Source: an uncultured Clostridia bacterium (lineage in GTDB: Bacteria > Bacillota > Clostridia > Christensenellales > QALW01). From it: a DNA stretch of 64,000 nt. Positions 41,200-50,050 of this stretch are shown here, piece by piece (the stretch's first letter is position 1; the number at the start of each line of letters is the position of its first letter). A program made the position numbers and the translations under genes. The notes beneath the pieces were generated by a model that worked only from the letters and a program-made list of their open reading frames with translations, did not search any database and was not told the DNA's origin. The stretch is from positions 177,924 to 241,923 of the forward strand of contig CAUDEY010000001.1 of NCBI GenBank assembly GCA_958448705.1, read 5' to 3'.

Positions 41200-42543
41200 A
41201 TGAAAACATTAAAGCAGCATTTAAAAGAACAAAATTATATTCCCATGCATATGCCCGGCCATAAGCGCAACGAAGAGTTTTCCATGCTGGATGGTTATGA
41301 TATTGATATGACTGAAATCAGCGGCTGTGACGATTTATATCATGCCGCCGGTGTTTTAAGGGAATCCATGTCCCGTACGGCAGAACTGTATCGGTGCCGG
41401 CGCAGCTTTTATCTGGTAAACGGAAGCACCTGCGGTATTTTAGCGGGCATACACGCTGTATGCAGTAAAAACAGCAAGCTCATCCTGGCGCGCAATTGTC
41501 ATAAAAGTATATATCATGCGGTTGAACTTCTGGAGCTGCAGCCGGTATATATCTATCCCGAAACAGATGAAAACGGGATCTTTTCAGCTATTTCTCCCTC
41601 ACAAATCCAAAAAGCGGCACAGGAACATTCCGATGCGGCACTGATCATCCTCACATCTCCTACTTATGAAGGCGTTTGCAGCAATATTGAAGAAATATGC
41701 ACAATTGCGCATTTTTACAATATTCCTGTAATGATCGATGCAGCTCACGGGGCGCATCTTGGATTCGACTCCTATTTTCCTAAAAACCCCATAGCACTCG
41801 GTGCGGATATTGCCGTAGAAAGCCTGCACAAAACAATGCCCAGCCTGACGCAAACGGCACTGCTTCATATCAGCGGTCCGCGCATTGATGAAGCTTCTGT
41901 GCTTCGATCACTGGAAGTTTTCCAAACCAGCAGTCCTTCCTATGTACTGATGGCGTCCATTGATTCCTGTATCACCTTGATTACAGAGCAAGGTCCTATA
42001 CTTTTTACCCGTTGGAGGGAAATGCTGGAGGAATTCTATAGTACCATACAGCTGAAGAATCTGAAGCTGTATGCCTGCCCCGGCCGCGACAAAAGCAAAA
42101 TCGTCATTCTCTGCGGACAAGCAGGTCTTAGCGGCATGCAATGCGCCGCACTTTTGCGAAAGAAATATCATATTGAAATTGAAATGGCCGCGCCCGGTTA
42201 CGTGACCGCGCTTTCCGGCTTAGGTGAAAAAAGAGAGAATCTCTTAGCGCTGAAAGCTGCCCTCGAGGAAATCGACGCCTCTTGTTCCCCATGCCGTTTT
42301 TCTGTTCCTCCCTGGCCGCATGAGGTCTTTCAAGATGTTTCTTCCATACAAAAGATGCCGAATGCCGGCCAGATCAGCGCAGATTATCTTTGGGCCTATC
42401 CGCCGGGTATTCCTCTGCTGCTGCCGGGAGAGATCCTTTCCAAAGAAGCGCTGGCACTGATCGAATTTTATCAGCAATATAAAGTGCCGCTCTACTGCTC
42501 GGGCGGCCGCTTTAATGGAACGATACCGTGTTCAAAAGAATAA
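41200..42543 (+). CDS. PLP-dependent Orn/Lys/Arg decarboxylase family protein
   Basis: MPGHKRN N-terminus and SLHKT PLP-lysine motif. ATG 41200. The ORF-track extension from 41020 was rejected. Confidence 0.8.
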   Translation: MKTLKQHLKEQNYIPMHMPGHKRNEEFSMLDGYDIDMTEISGCDDLYHAAGVLRESMSRTAELYRCRRSFYLVNGSTCGILAGIHAVCSKNSKLILARNCHKSIYHAVELLELQPVYIYPETDENGIFSAISPSQIQKAAQEHSDAALIILTSPTYEGVCSNIEEICTIAHFYNIPVMIDAAHGAHLGFDSYFPKNPIALGADIAVESLHKTMPSLTQTALLHISGPRIDEASVLRSLEVFQTSSPSYVLMASIDSCITLITEQGPILFTRWREMLEEFYSTIQLKNLKLYACPGRDKSKIVILCGQAGLSGMQCAALLRKKYHIEIEMAAPGYVTALSGLGEKRENLLALKAALEEIDASCSPCRFSVPPWPHEVFQDVSSIQKMPNAGQISADYLWAYPPGIPLLLPGEILSKEALALIEFYQQYKVPLYCSGGRFNGTIPCSKE

Positions 42544-42578
42544 AAAACGGTTGCCTCCATTAAAGCATAGGATACTGA

Positions 42579-42607
42579 TTGACAATTTCTATGTTTGGTG
42601 ATAAAAT
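42579..42607 (+). promoter_or_regulatory. promoter of the SCIFF operon
   Basis: TTGACA, 17 nt, TAAAAT, with an extended -10 TG. Confidence 0.55.
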
Positions 42608-42639
42608 TCTTTTATAATGTTGACAAAAGGGGGATTTTT

Positions 42640-42789
42640 ATGAAAAGAATACAAACGCTCAATACCCGTGACCTTGCAGAAAGTGCTGTCAATGGCGGCT
42701 GCGGTGAATGCCAAACTTCCTGTCAATCAGCCTGCAAGACTTCCTGCGGTGTCGCCAATCAGCCTTGCGAGAACAAAAAAAGCAAGTAA
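42640..42789 (+). CDS. scfA: SCIFF (six-cysteines-in-forty-five) ranthipeptide precursor
   Basis: 49 aa: MKRIQTLNTRDLAESAVNGGCGECQTSCQSACKTSCGVANQPCENKKSK. RBS AAAGGGGGA. Six Cys in the C-terminal half. Confidence 0.9.
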   Translation: MKRIQTLNTRDLAESAVNGGCGECQTSCQSACKTSCGVANQPCENKKSK

Positions 42790-42856
42790 TCAGCTCTTGT
42801 AAAGCTGTGCCGCTTACTCTTTGGAGCAGGCGGCATTATGTTTGTTTGGAGAATCT

Positions 42857-44224
42857 ATGATACATCAATATAAATTAAACGGATATAATATCGTGCTCGA
42901 TATTTTCAGCGGTGCAGTCCATGTGGTAGACGATGTGGCCTATGATATCATCGCTCTTTTTGAGAACTGTCCGAAAAACGATATCATAAAAACTATAACT
43001 GCGCGCTATCCTGAAATCACCGAAGCCGATGTGGTGGAATGTCTTGAAGATATCCAGGCACTGAAAACAGACAAAAAGCTATTCACCCCCGATGAATATG
43101 CCGATAAGGCATTTGATCTGAAAAAACGGCATACCGCGGTAAAAGCACTTTGCCTGCATGTGGCGCATACCTGTAATTTAAACTGCGAGTACTGCTTTGC
43201 CAGCCAGGGAAAATATCATGGCGACCGGGCGCTTATGAGCTTTGAAGTAGGCAAACAGGCGCTTGATTTTCTGATTGCTTCATCCGGAAAAAGAACCAAT
43301 CTTGAAGTAGATTTTTTCGGCGGTGAGCCTCTTATGAACTGGGCGGTTGTAAAAAAACTTGTTGCATATGCCCGAAGCATTGAAAAGAAATGTCATAAGA
43401 ACTTCCGGTTCACGTTAACAACAAACGGTGTTTTGATCGATGACGATGTCATTGATTTTGCCAATAAGGAAATGCACAATGTTGTACTGAGCCTTGACGG
43501 ACGCAAAGAGGTCCATGACAAGCTGCGCAAAACCATAAACGGCGGCGGCAGCTATGATGTGATCGTACCTAAATTTAAAAAATTTGTGGAAGCACGGGGC
43601 AACAAAAATTATTATGTGCGCGGCACGTTTACACGAAACAATCTTGACTTCACAAAGGATATTTTCCATATGGCGGATTTAGGTTTTACGGAGCTTTCCA
43701 TGGAACCAGTGGTATGCGCGCCAAATGACCCCTATTCCCTCAAAGAAGAGGATCTGCCCGTGCTATTTGAGCAATATGAAATATTGGCCAAAGAGATGCT
43801 GAAACGCCGAAGAAACGGGAACGGCTTTACGTTTTACCATTATATGATCGATCTTTCCCATGGGCCGTGTATCTACAAACGCATATCCGGATGCGGCTCG
43901 GGAACGGAATATTTAGCCGTTACCCCATGGGGTGAGCTTTTCCCGTGCCACCAGTTTGTAGGAGACCCTAAATACAGCATGGGTAATGTATGGGACGGTA
44001 TTACCAACACTGCCCTGCGCGATGAATTTAAGCTTTGCAACGCCTATACCCGGTCCGCCTGCAAAGATTGCTGGGCCAAGCTTTATTGCTCCGGCGGCTG
44101 CGCGGCCAATGCCTACCATGCAGAAGGAAGCATCAAGGGCATATATGAATACGGCTGTAAACTGTTTAAAAAGCGGATGGAATGTGCTATTATGATGCAG
44201 GCGGCTCAGGCCGGGGAAAAGTGA
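42857..44224 (+). CDS. scfB: radical SAM/SPASM SCIFF peptide maturase
   Basis: CNLNCEYC radical-SAM motif and a C-terminal SPASM Cys cluster (CKDCWAKLYCSGGCAANA). Immediately follows scfA. Confidence 0.9.
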   Translation: MIHQYKLNGYNIVLDIFSGAVHVVDDVAYDIIALFENCPKNDIIKTITARYPEITEADVVECLEDIQALKTDKKLFTPDEYADKAFDLKKRHTAVKALCLHVAHTCNLNCEYCFASQGKYHGDRALMSFEVGKQALDFLIASSGKRTNLEVDFFGGEPLMNWAVVKKLVAYARSIEKKCHKNFRFTLTTNGVLIDDDVIDFANKEMHNVVLSLDGRKEVHDKLRKTINGGGSYDVIVPKFKKFVEARGNKNYYVRGTFTRNNLDFTKDIFHMADLGFTELSMEPVVCAPNDPYSLKEEDLPVLFEQYEILAKEMLKRRRNGNGFTFYHYMIDLSHGPCIYKRISGCGSGTEYLAVTPWGELFPCHQFVGDPKYSMGNVWDGITNTALRDEFKLCNAYTRSACKDCWAKLYCSGGCAANAYHAEGSIKGIYEYGCKLFKKRMECAIMMQAAQAGEK

Positions 44225-44435
44225 ACAAAAAGAAATACAAAAATAAAATTTTACTGCACCGGGTAAAGAAAACAGCCCGGACAAAACGGGAGGTTCCGTC
44301 TAAAGGCAACCGCCCTTTTTTTTATGCCTAAAACAGCAAAGCTTTCGCATCCCATAAAAGAATATTTTATACAAAATCAAAAGTCGGTTATCCTAACAAA
44401 TGAAGTATAAAAGCCATATCAAAAAGGAGATCAAT

Positions 44436-45278
44436 ATGATAAAAACAGCACAAATAACCACACAGTTGACAGCCTATATATCCTATTTAAAGGAATCGGA
44501 GCGAAGCTGTGCTACCCAAACGCAATATTACAGAGATGTCCGCCGTTTTCTTTCCTGGGCCGGCGACGCCGCTCTTGCAAAGGAAACCGTCATCCGCTAC
44601 AAAGAAATGCTGCAAGCGGAATATAAAGCAGCAAGTGTAAATGCAAAGCTGGCAGCGATCAACAGCTTTTTTTCTTTTTTAGGAAAAAACGAGCTGCGCG
44701 TAAGACAGTTAAAAATTCAAAGACAGGCATACTGCTCAAACGAAAAAGAACTGGCAAAGAATGAATATCTGCGTCTGGTAGAAGCGGCAAAGGAGCAGAA
44801 AGATGAAAGACTTTCTTTATTGCTGCAAACTATCTGCAGCACCGGAATCCGTGTTTCCGAACTGCAATATATTACCGTGGAGGCCATAAAACTTGGCGAA
44901 GCAGCCATCTGCATGAAAGGAAAAAATCGAACGATCCTGATTCCCGGCAAGTTGCGCAAAGCATTGTGGGAGTATTTACAGCGGCAAAATATTACCTCCG
45001 GTCCTATCTTTATTACAAAAAACGGAAATCCTCTAGACCGCTCCAATATCTGCAAAAAAATGAAAGCCTTATGCAGCAGCGCGGGCGTAGCGGCAAAAAA
45101 GGTTTTCCCCCACAACCTGCGCCATCTGTTTGCCCGGTGTTTTTACGCTTTAGAAAAAGACATTGCCAAGCTAGCAGATATCCTGGGACACAGCAGCATT
45201 AACACTACACGCATTTATATCGTATCTACAGGGCTGGAACATCGCCGGCAAATGGATACGCTCGGCCTTATTTTATAA
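44436..45278 (+). CDS. stand-alone tyrosine site-specific recombinase (XerC/D-like)
   Basis: ATG 44436 follows AAAAGGAG. Catalytic signature present: R (TGIRVSEL), HNLRH, LGHSS, TRIY. Confidence 0.85.
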   Translation: MIKTAQITTQLTAYISYLKESERSCATQTQYYRDVRRFLSWAGDAALAKETVIRYKEMLQAEYKAASVNAKLAAINSFFSFLGKNELRVRQLKIQRQAYCSNEKELAKNEYLRLVEAAKEQKDERLSLLLQTICSTGIRVSELQYITVEAIKLGEAAICMKGKNRTILIPGKLRKALWEYLQRQNITSGPIFITKNGNPLDRSNICKKMKALCSSAGVAAKKVFPHNLRHLFARCFYALEKDIAKLADILGHSSINTTRIYIVSTGLEHRRQMDTLGLIL

Positions 45279-45325
45279 ACCAAAAAATAAAAACAGAGGC
45301 TTTTAAAGCATCTGTAATAAAAAGG

Positions 45326-45351
45326 CACCACATAATCGTCATTATGTGGTG
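45326..45351. repeat. left inverted repeat (recombinase-site-like palindrome with an asymmetric core)
   Basis: CACCACATAAT-CGTC-ATTATGTGGTG. Confidence 0.8.
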
Positions 45352-45555
45352 TGAAGTGTTTATTAAATATAGGTGTTTCATTTTCAAAAGCTGTTTTAAA
45401 AATAATCTTATTAACAAACAGCATATAAAAAGATTTAAGAAAGAAGTATGGAATGAACGCCTTTCCTAAAAATAGAAAAAACTCGGATAGGCTTAATTGT
45501 TGTGTGTAAAAAGAAAAGCCATCCGGCAGATGGATATCAAAAAGCTTAAATTATA

Positions 45556-45584
45556 TTGACAGTATGCAAAAAATCCTCTATACT
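45556..45584 (+). promoter_or_regulatory. sigma-70 promoter inside the IR-flanked segment
   Basis: TTGACA (45556-45561), 17 nt, TATACT (45579-45584). Confidence 0.6.
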
Positions 45585-45630
45585 ACAATAGAATTTAAAG
45601 TGAATATATAACTGCTATTGATTTAAAAAA

Positions 45631-45653
45631 CTACATAATGACGATTATGTGGT
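45631..45653. repeat. right inverted repeat
   Basis: CTACATAAT-GACG-ATTATGTGGT. Positions 45633-45653 are the exact reverse complement of 45327-45347. Confidence 0.8.
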
Positions 45654-45745
45654 ATTTTCAACACAATCATCGGGAAAGAATATTTCCGTCTGATTGTAGT
45701 GTGTTTTATATCTTTTGCAAAAACATTTTCACATAAAGGAGTGTT

Positions 45746-47971
45746 ATGATGGATTTAAAAACAAAGTGCAAAAAATTAGCCATTCTCTTATTCTGCTGTA
45801 TTTTCACGCTGCTTTGTCTGACGAGTTTCTCGCTTTCAGTCAACGGAGCCCCGGAAGAGAACAGCTTCACCGTAACAGATGAAAACGGTAATCCCGTCTC
45901 TCCCGATGGCAACGGCCTTTATACGCTTACCTCCGGCAGCTATACCGCTGCCGGCACAACACGCAGCCACGGCATAAACATCATAGGCGACGTAACATTA
46001 ACGCTTCATAATGCTATGATCGACCTCAGTGCTATAACCATTGAAAATGCTGCGCCCGGAATCGGTATTGCCCAGGGAAAAGTAACCCTGATTTTAGAAG
46101 GAGAAAATACCGTAAACGGCGGATCCGGATTTGCGGGCATTTACGTTTCCGAAAAAAGCTCGCTGACTGTCTCCGGGCAAGGCGCACTGGCTGCCCGTGG
46201 GGGCGACGGTAAAAAAAGCGGTTCCTATTCTAACAAATGGCATGGTATTTTTACCAGTACAAGATGTTATTTCGGCGGAGCCGCCGGAATCGGCGGCAAC
46301 GGTCTCTGGCTGTACAGCAATGATACTTGGGTTGCAAATTCTGTACCCAGTTTTGGAACCATCCTTATTGAAAGCGGAAACATCACAGCGCAGGGCGGAA
46401 AAGCAAATATCACAAACGCCGGTGCCGGCGCCGGTATCGGTGCGGGCGGCAGTTCCAGCCAAAAAAATATCCACTACTCCTTTACCGGCACAATAGCCAT
46501 TAAAAACGGAACCGTAAAAGCCGTCGGCGGTATGGGGGAAGATTTTTCGCTCACCCTAGGCGGCGCAGGCATTGGGTCCGGCGGAGTCGGGGGCAACATC
46601 TGGGTTCCCTACCATAACGAAATAAAATTCTCTATAAGCGGCGGAACCGTTACCGCAGCAGGCACTGCCGACGGTGCAGGTATCGGCGGCGGTGCTAATG
46701 TAAACGGCGGTATCATAGAAATTTCCGGCGGAACCGTTACCGCAACCGGCGGCTACGAAACAGAAAATGGGCAGCAGTCCGGACACTGGGGCGGTGCGGG
46801 TATCGGCGGCGGCGATAACGGCGGTTTGACCTCCGTTTTGATATCAGGCAACGCCAAGGTCACAGCAAAAGCAATCGGAGCGGCGGCCGGTATCGGTGCA
46901 GGCTGTGACGGTTTTGTCGGTACGATCGATTACGATACCGAACAGATGACCTATGGCGGTATTACCATCGATTCCATGGCAGAGGTAACCGCGTCAGGCG
47001 GTTCCAATCCAAGCAAAAAAGTCGGCGGCGCAGGAATCGGAGCCGGATGCAGTTATAATTTTGACAACGGCTTCGGTCATATCTCCATTACGGGGCAAGC
47101 AAAAGTCCGGGCTTACGCCGGTGCGCGCGCTCAGGCAATCGGTGTAGGCTCCGATTACGCGGGCGACGATCCCAATACGTTTAGGGTAGGAACAAAATCC
47201 ATTGATGTTTGGATGTTCAATCAGGATACCGCGCAGACTGCATTCTGGGGGCAAAATGAAGCCGGCAGCGAGCTTACCGAAGATTTTGTTACTGCGGGCG
47301 CACAAGCTGTTTGGTATACGTTTCCCCAAGGCGAAACTTTCCCCGATACAAATACCGTTTTACCGGCTTTTATAAGCCCGGATGCCAAAGCGCTTTTCTG
47401 GCAGCATACCACAAATGGAACCGTACAGCTTTTACAAGATACGCAGTCTGTTGCCGAATGTACCTATCGGGGCGATGGCTTTACCACTTTGGGGAACTGG
47501 GCTGCTTTCTTCTCTCCCGCCGAAACCGGTAATCTGATCGTTTCTCAAACAACAGATATCTCGGATGATGCAAATAAAGATTTTTCCTTTACTGTAATCC
47601 TGGATGATTCTGATATTAACGGCGCCTACGGTGATATGATCTTTTCCGGCGGAACGGCTTCTTTTACTCTGAAAAGCGGGGAAAGCAGAACGGCCTTGAA
47701 CCTTCCGGCGGGTATCTCCTATAAAGTGGAGGCAATGATGCCGGACGGATATACTATTGCAGCCAGGAATCCTTCAGGAATCCTTCCAAGCAACGAAACA
47801 GTACAGATCTCCTTCCGTATTCAAAGAGCCGGAACACCGTCAACGCCAAAACCTTCCGATGACAACTCGCCCCCTTCCTCTACCGGCGACAGCATCGGCC
47901 TATCACTTTGGCTTTTGCTGTTAACCGGTGCGGGACTCCTTCCTCTTTGCTTGAAAAAGCAGAACAGATAG
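45746..47971 (+). CDS. Gly-rich beta-helix-repeat cell-surface protein with a Cna-B/SpaA-like domain and a C-terminal sorting-signal-like tail
   Basis: Signal peptide. About 8 units of I.ISGG.VTA.GG...GAGIGGG. The C-terminus is PSSTGDS, a hydrophobic helix, then KKQNR. Confidence 0.7.
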   Translation: MMDLKTKCKKLAILLFCCIFTLLCLTSFSLSVNGAPEENSFTVTDENGNPVSPDGNGLYTLTSGSYTAAGTTRSHGINIIGDVTLTLHNAMIDLSAITIENAAPGIGIAQGKVTLILEGENTVNGGSGFAGIYVSEKSSLTVSGQGALAARGGDGKKSGSYSNKWHGIFTSTRCYFGGAAGIGGNGLWLYSNDTWVANSVPSFGTILIESGNITAQGGKANITNAGAGAGIGAGGSSSQKNIHYSFTGTIAIKNGTVKAVGGMGEDFSLTLGGAGIGSGGVGGNIWVPYHNEIKFSISGGTVTAAGTADGAGIGGGANVNGGIIEISGGTVTATGGYETENGQQSGHWGGAGIGGGDNGGLTSVLISGNAKVTAKAIGAAAGIGAGCDGFVGTIDYDTEQMTYGGITIDSMAEVTASGGSNPSKKVGGAGIGAGCSYNFDNGFGHISITGQAKVRAYAGARAQAIGVGSDYAGDDPNTFRVGTKSIDVWMFNQDTAQTAFWGQNEAGSELTEDFVTAGAQAVWYTFPQGETFPDTNTVLPAFISPDAKALFWQHTTNGTVQLLQDTQSVAECTYRGDGFTTLGNWAAFFSPAETGNLIVSQTTDISDDANKDFSFTVILDDSDINGAYGDMIFSGGTASFTLKSGESRTALNLPAGISYKVEAMMPDGYTIAARNPSGILPSNETVQISFRIQRAGTPSTPKPSDDNSPPSSTGDSIGLSLWLLLLTGAGLLPLCLKKQNR
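46361..47152 (+). repeat. degenerate coding repeats (GAGIG beta-helix units) within the surface-protein gene
   Basis: Recurring ISGGTVTA(A/T)G ... G(A/G)AGIG(G/A)G about every 35-45 aa. Confidence 0.6.
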
Positions 47972-48002
47972 TTTCCCGATTTTCAACCGCTCAGCGGATT
48001 TT

Positions 48003-48033
48003 AAGCCGTTCATAAAAATGAACGGCTTTTTTC
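48003..48033 (+). terminator. intrinsic terminator
   Basis: AAGCCGTTCAT-AAAA-ATGAACGGCTT followed by TTTTT. Confidence 0.8.
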
Positions 48034-48177
48034 TTGCTCGTTTGCTTTTTTTTATATCAATTAAAATCTTGGTTTTCCTAAAAAACACCTTGGCTTTGTT
48101 AAGGAAATATCTTTTGCTCTTATGCTATAATAAAATCAACAGATTTCACTTTATACACTAAAAAAAGGAGTTTTAAT

Positions 48178-49902
48178 ATGGATCTTTCTTTTACCAAAGC
48201 AATGGACGCTGCCGGCAAGGTTTTTCAAGTACCGGTCGCCTGCACAAAAACAGATAACAAAATTTCAGTTCTGATAAAAAAAGAAGATATTACCGGTGCA
48301 GCACAGGTGGATATTCTTCCCCAATTATCCGATACCCCCTGCGGAGAAGGTTATTTTGCCGTACCTATGCTGCATCGCAGTTATCTTACCTATTTTAAGC
48401 CGCGGCAGGATTTCTGCGAGGATACGCTGCTTTTCAGTATGCCCTTTTACGGAGTAAAACGGCCCGGAGAATGTTTTATCGTTCTGCTGGAAGGTTTGGC
48501 GCCGGAAGCCCGGCTGTATCAAAGCTATCACCGGGGAAGCTATCGCATCTGCTTCCGTTTTGACTTTCAGGCCGACTCCATTGTTCCTTATGACGATATT
48601 ACCCTGCAAATTATTTTTCTTGCTCCCGATGCGGATTATAATGCTATGGCCCGCGCTTACCGGGAATATCAATACGCGCATGGCCTGCAAACGATTTTAG
48701 AAAAAAAGCGTAAAGCGGTAACCTATGCAGCCGAAGCGCCGGAAATCCGCTTGCGGCTGGCCTGGAAGCCCGTACCGACGCCGGTGGAGGAGCAAACGCC
48801 CGCCACCGAACCGAGCATGCACGCGGCCATCTCTTTTGACCGGCTGAAAGGAATCATGCTCCGAATGCACAAAGCCGGTATAGAGAAGGCGGAATTATGC
48901 TTGGTCGGCTGGAACCAAAAAGGACATGACGGAAGGTACCCGCAGCTTTTTCCTGTAGAAGAAGCTTTAGGCGGTGAAAAAAAGCTGAAAGAAGCGATTG
49001 CTTTGGGACAAAAGCTGGGCTATCAGATTACCGCCCACAGCAATTCCACCGATACTTACCGCATTGCGGACTGTTTCAGTGAGGAAGACGTCCTCAAAAA
49101 GCCTGACGGTTCCCTTAGTGCCAACGCCACCTGGAGCGGCGGCAGGATGTATAACCTCTGTCCCCGCGCGGCACTAAAACAGGCGGAAGAAAACCTGCCG
49201 CGTATCCGTGCACTTGGCTTTGAAGGGCTGCACTACATCGACGTACTTTCCATCGTTCAGCCACGAGCCTGCTTTGATAAAGCGCATCCTGTCAACCGCA
49301 GCGAATGTGTGGCTCTTTGGCGAAAAATCGCTTCGCTTTCCCAAAAGCTTTTCGGCGGCTTCGCCTCCGAGGGCGGCTGTGATTTCTTGGCTCATGAGCT
49401 TGACTTTGCCCTATATGCGGGCTTTTCCGCCTTTACAGCCAAGCCGCTGCCCTTCCAAGATGCGTTGATTCCTCTTTGGGAGCTGGTATACCACGGTTCT
49501 ATTTTATACTGCCCCTCTACCGAGCTGGTAAACGCCACACTGGGTGAGAAAAAATTTCAGCTAAAGCTGATTGAATACGGCGGCAGACCCGTTTTGTATT
49601 TCTATGCACGCTTTGTTACCCCCACCGGCAGCAGAGGCAACTGGATGGGCGAGAACGACCTTTTATGTGCCACCGATGCCGAACTGGATGCCGCTGTTGC
49701 CAAGATAAAAGAAACCTATGATCTCTACCGCGCGGTATGCCCTCTGCAATACGCCTTTATGGAAGAGCACCGAATGCTCACTCCCGACGTTGCTGCAGTA
49801 CGATATTCTGATAACAGCACGGTGGTAGTCAACTATGGAAGTGTGCCGTTTTTCTATCAAGGCATCTCTGTTCCTGCAGAGGATTTCGTCGTTCTCCAGT
49901 AG
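48178..49902 (+). CDS. cytoplasmic protein of unknown function, possibly a glycoside-hydrolase-like TIM barrel (DUF5696-like, from memory only)
   Basis: 574 aa with no signal peptide. RBS AAAGGAG. Co-directional with and just upstream of the GH2 gene. Confidence 0.35.
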   Translation: MDLSFTKAMDAAGKVFQVPVACTKTDNKISVLIKKEDITGAAQVDILPQLSDTPCGEGYFAVPMLHRSYLTYFKPRQDFCEDTLLFSMPFYGVKRPGECFIVLLEGLAPEARLYQSYHRGSYRICFRFDFQADSIVPYDDITLQIIFLAPDADYNAMARAYREYQYAHGLQTILEKKRKAVTYAAEAPEIRLRLAWKPVPTPVEEQTPATEPSMHAAISFDRLKGIMLRMHKAGIEKAELCLVGWNQKGHDGRYPQLFPVEEALGGEKKLKEAIALGQKLGYQITAHSNSTDTYRIADCFSEEDVLKKPDGSLSANATWSGGRMYNLCPRAALKQAEENLPRIRALGFEGLHYIDVLSIVQPRACFDKAHPVNRSECVALWRKIASLSQKLFGGFASEGGCDFLAHELDFALYAGFSAFTAKPLPFQDALIPLWELVYHGSILYCPSTELVNATLGEKKFQLKLIEYGGRPVLYFYARFVTPTGSRGNWMGENDLLCATDAELDAAVAKIKETYDLYRAVCPLQYAFMEEHRMLTPDVAAVRYSDNSTVVVNYGSVPFFYQGISVPAEDFVVLQ

Positions 49903-50050
49903 CGCAATTTAGTGCAGATATGCAATATAATTCTATTGACCTTGATTTCTGTAATTGCTATAATGATTTATTGATAAGAGTATATTGATCTTTTCTCTTC
50001 CTATTCTTACCGAAAGCCTAAATCAATTTTATTTTATTCAGGAGGCTATC

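Larger units (their letters stand above)
45326..45653. promoter_or_regulatory. candidate invertible promoter segment (inverton), currently oriented toward gene 45746
   Basis: The inverted repeats flank about 280 bp that contains a consensus promoter. The segment sits between the recombinase gene and a surface-protein gene. Confidence 0.55.

Noticed and set aside
45291-45315. The hairpin ACAGAGGCTTT-TAA-AAGCATCTGT after the recombinase gene, and the two IR hairpins, as ordinary terminators.
   Set aside because: None is followed by a proper U-tract on the plus strand. The 21-nt identity of two hairpins 300 bp apart, with reverse-complemented cores, is better explained as paired recombination sites. 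This is kept as the alternative hypothesis in the inverton finding.
44436-47971. The recombinase as part of a prophage, ICE or transposon.
   Set aside because: There are no phage, conjugation, excisionase or transposase genes, and no flanking direct repeats. The only repeats are the closely spaced inverted pair around a promoter, which fits an inversion switch better than an integrative element.
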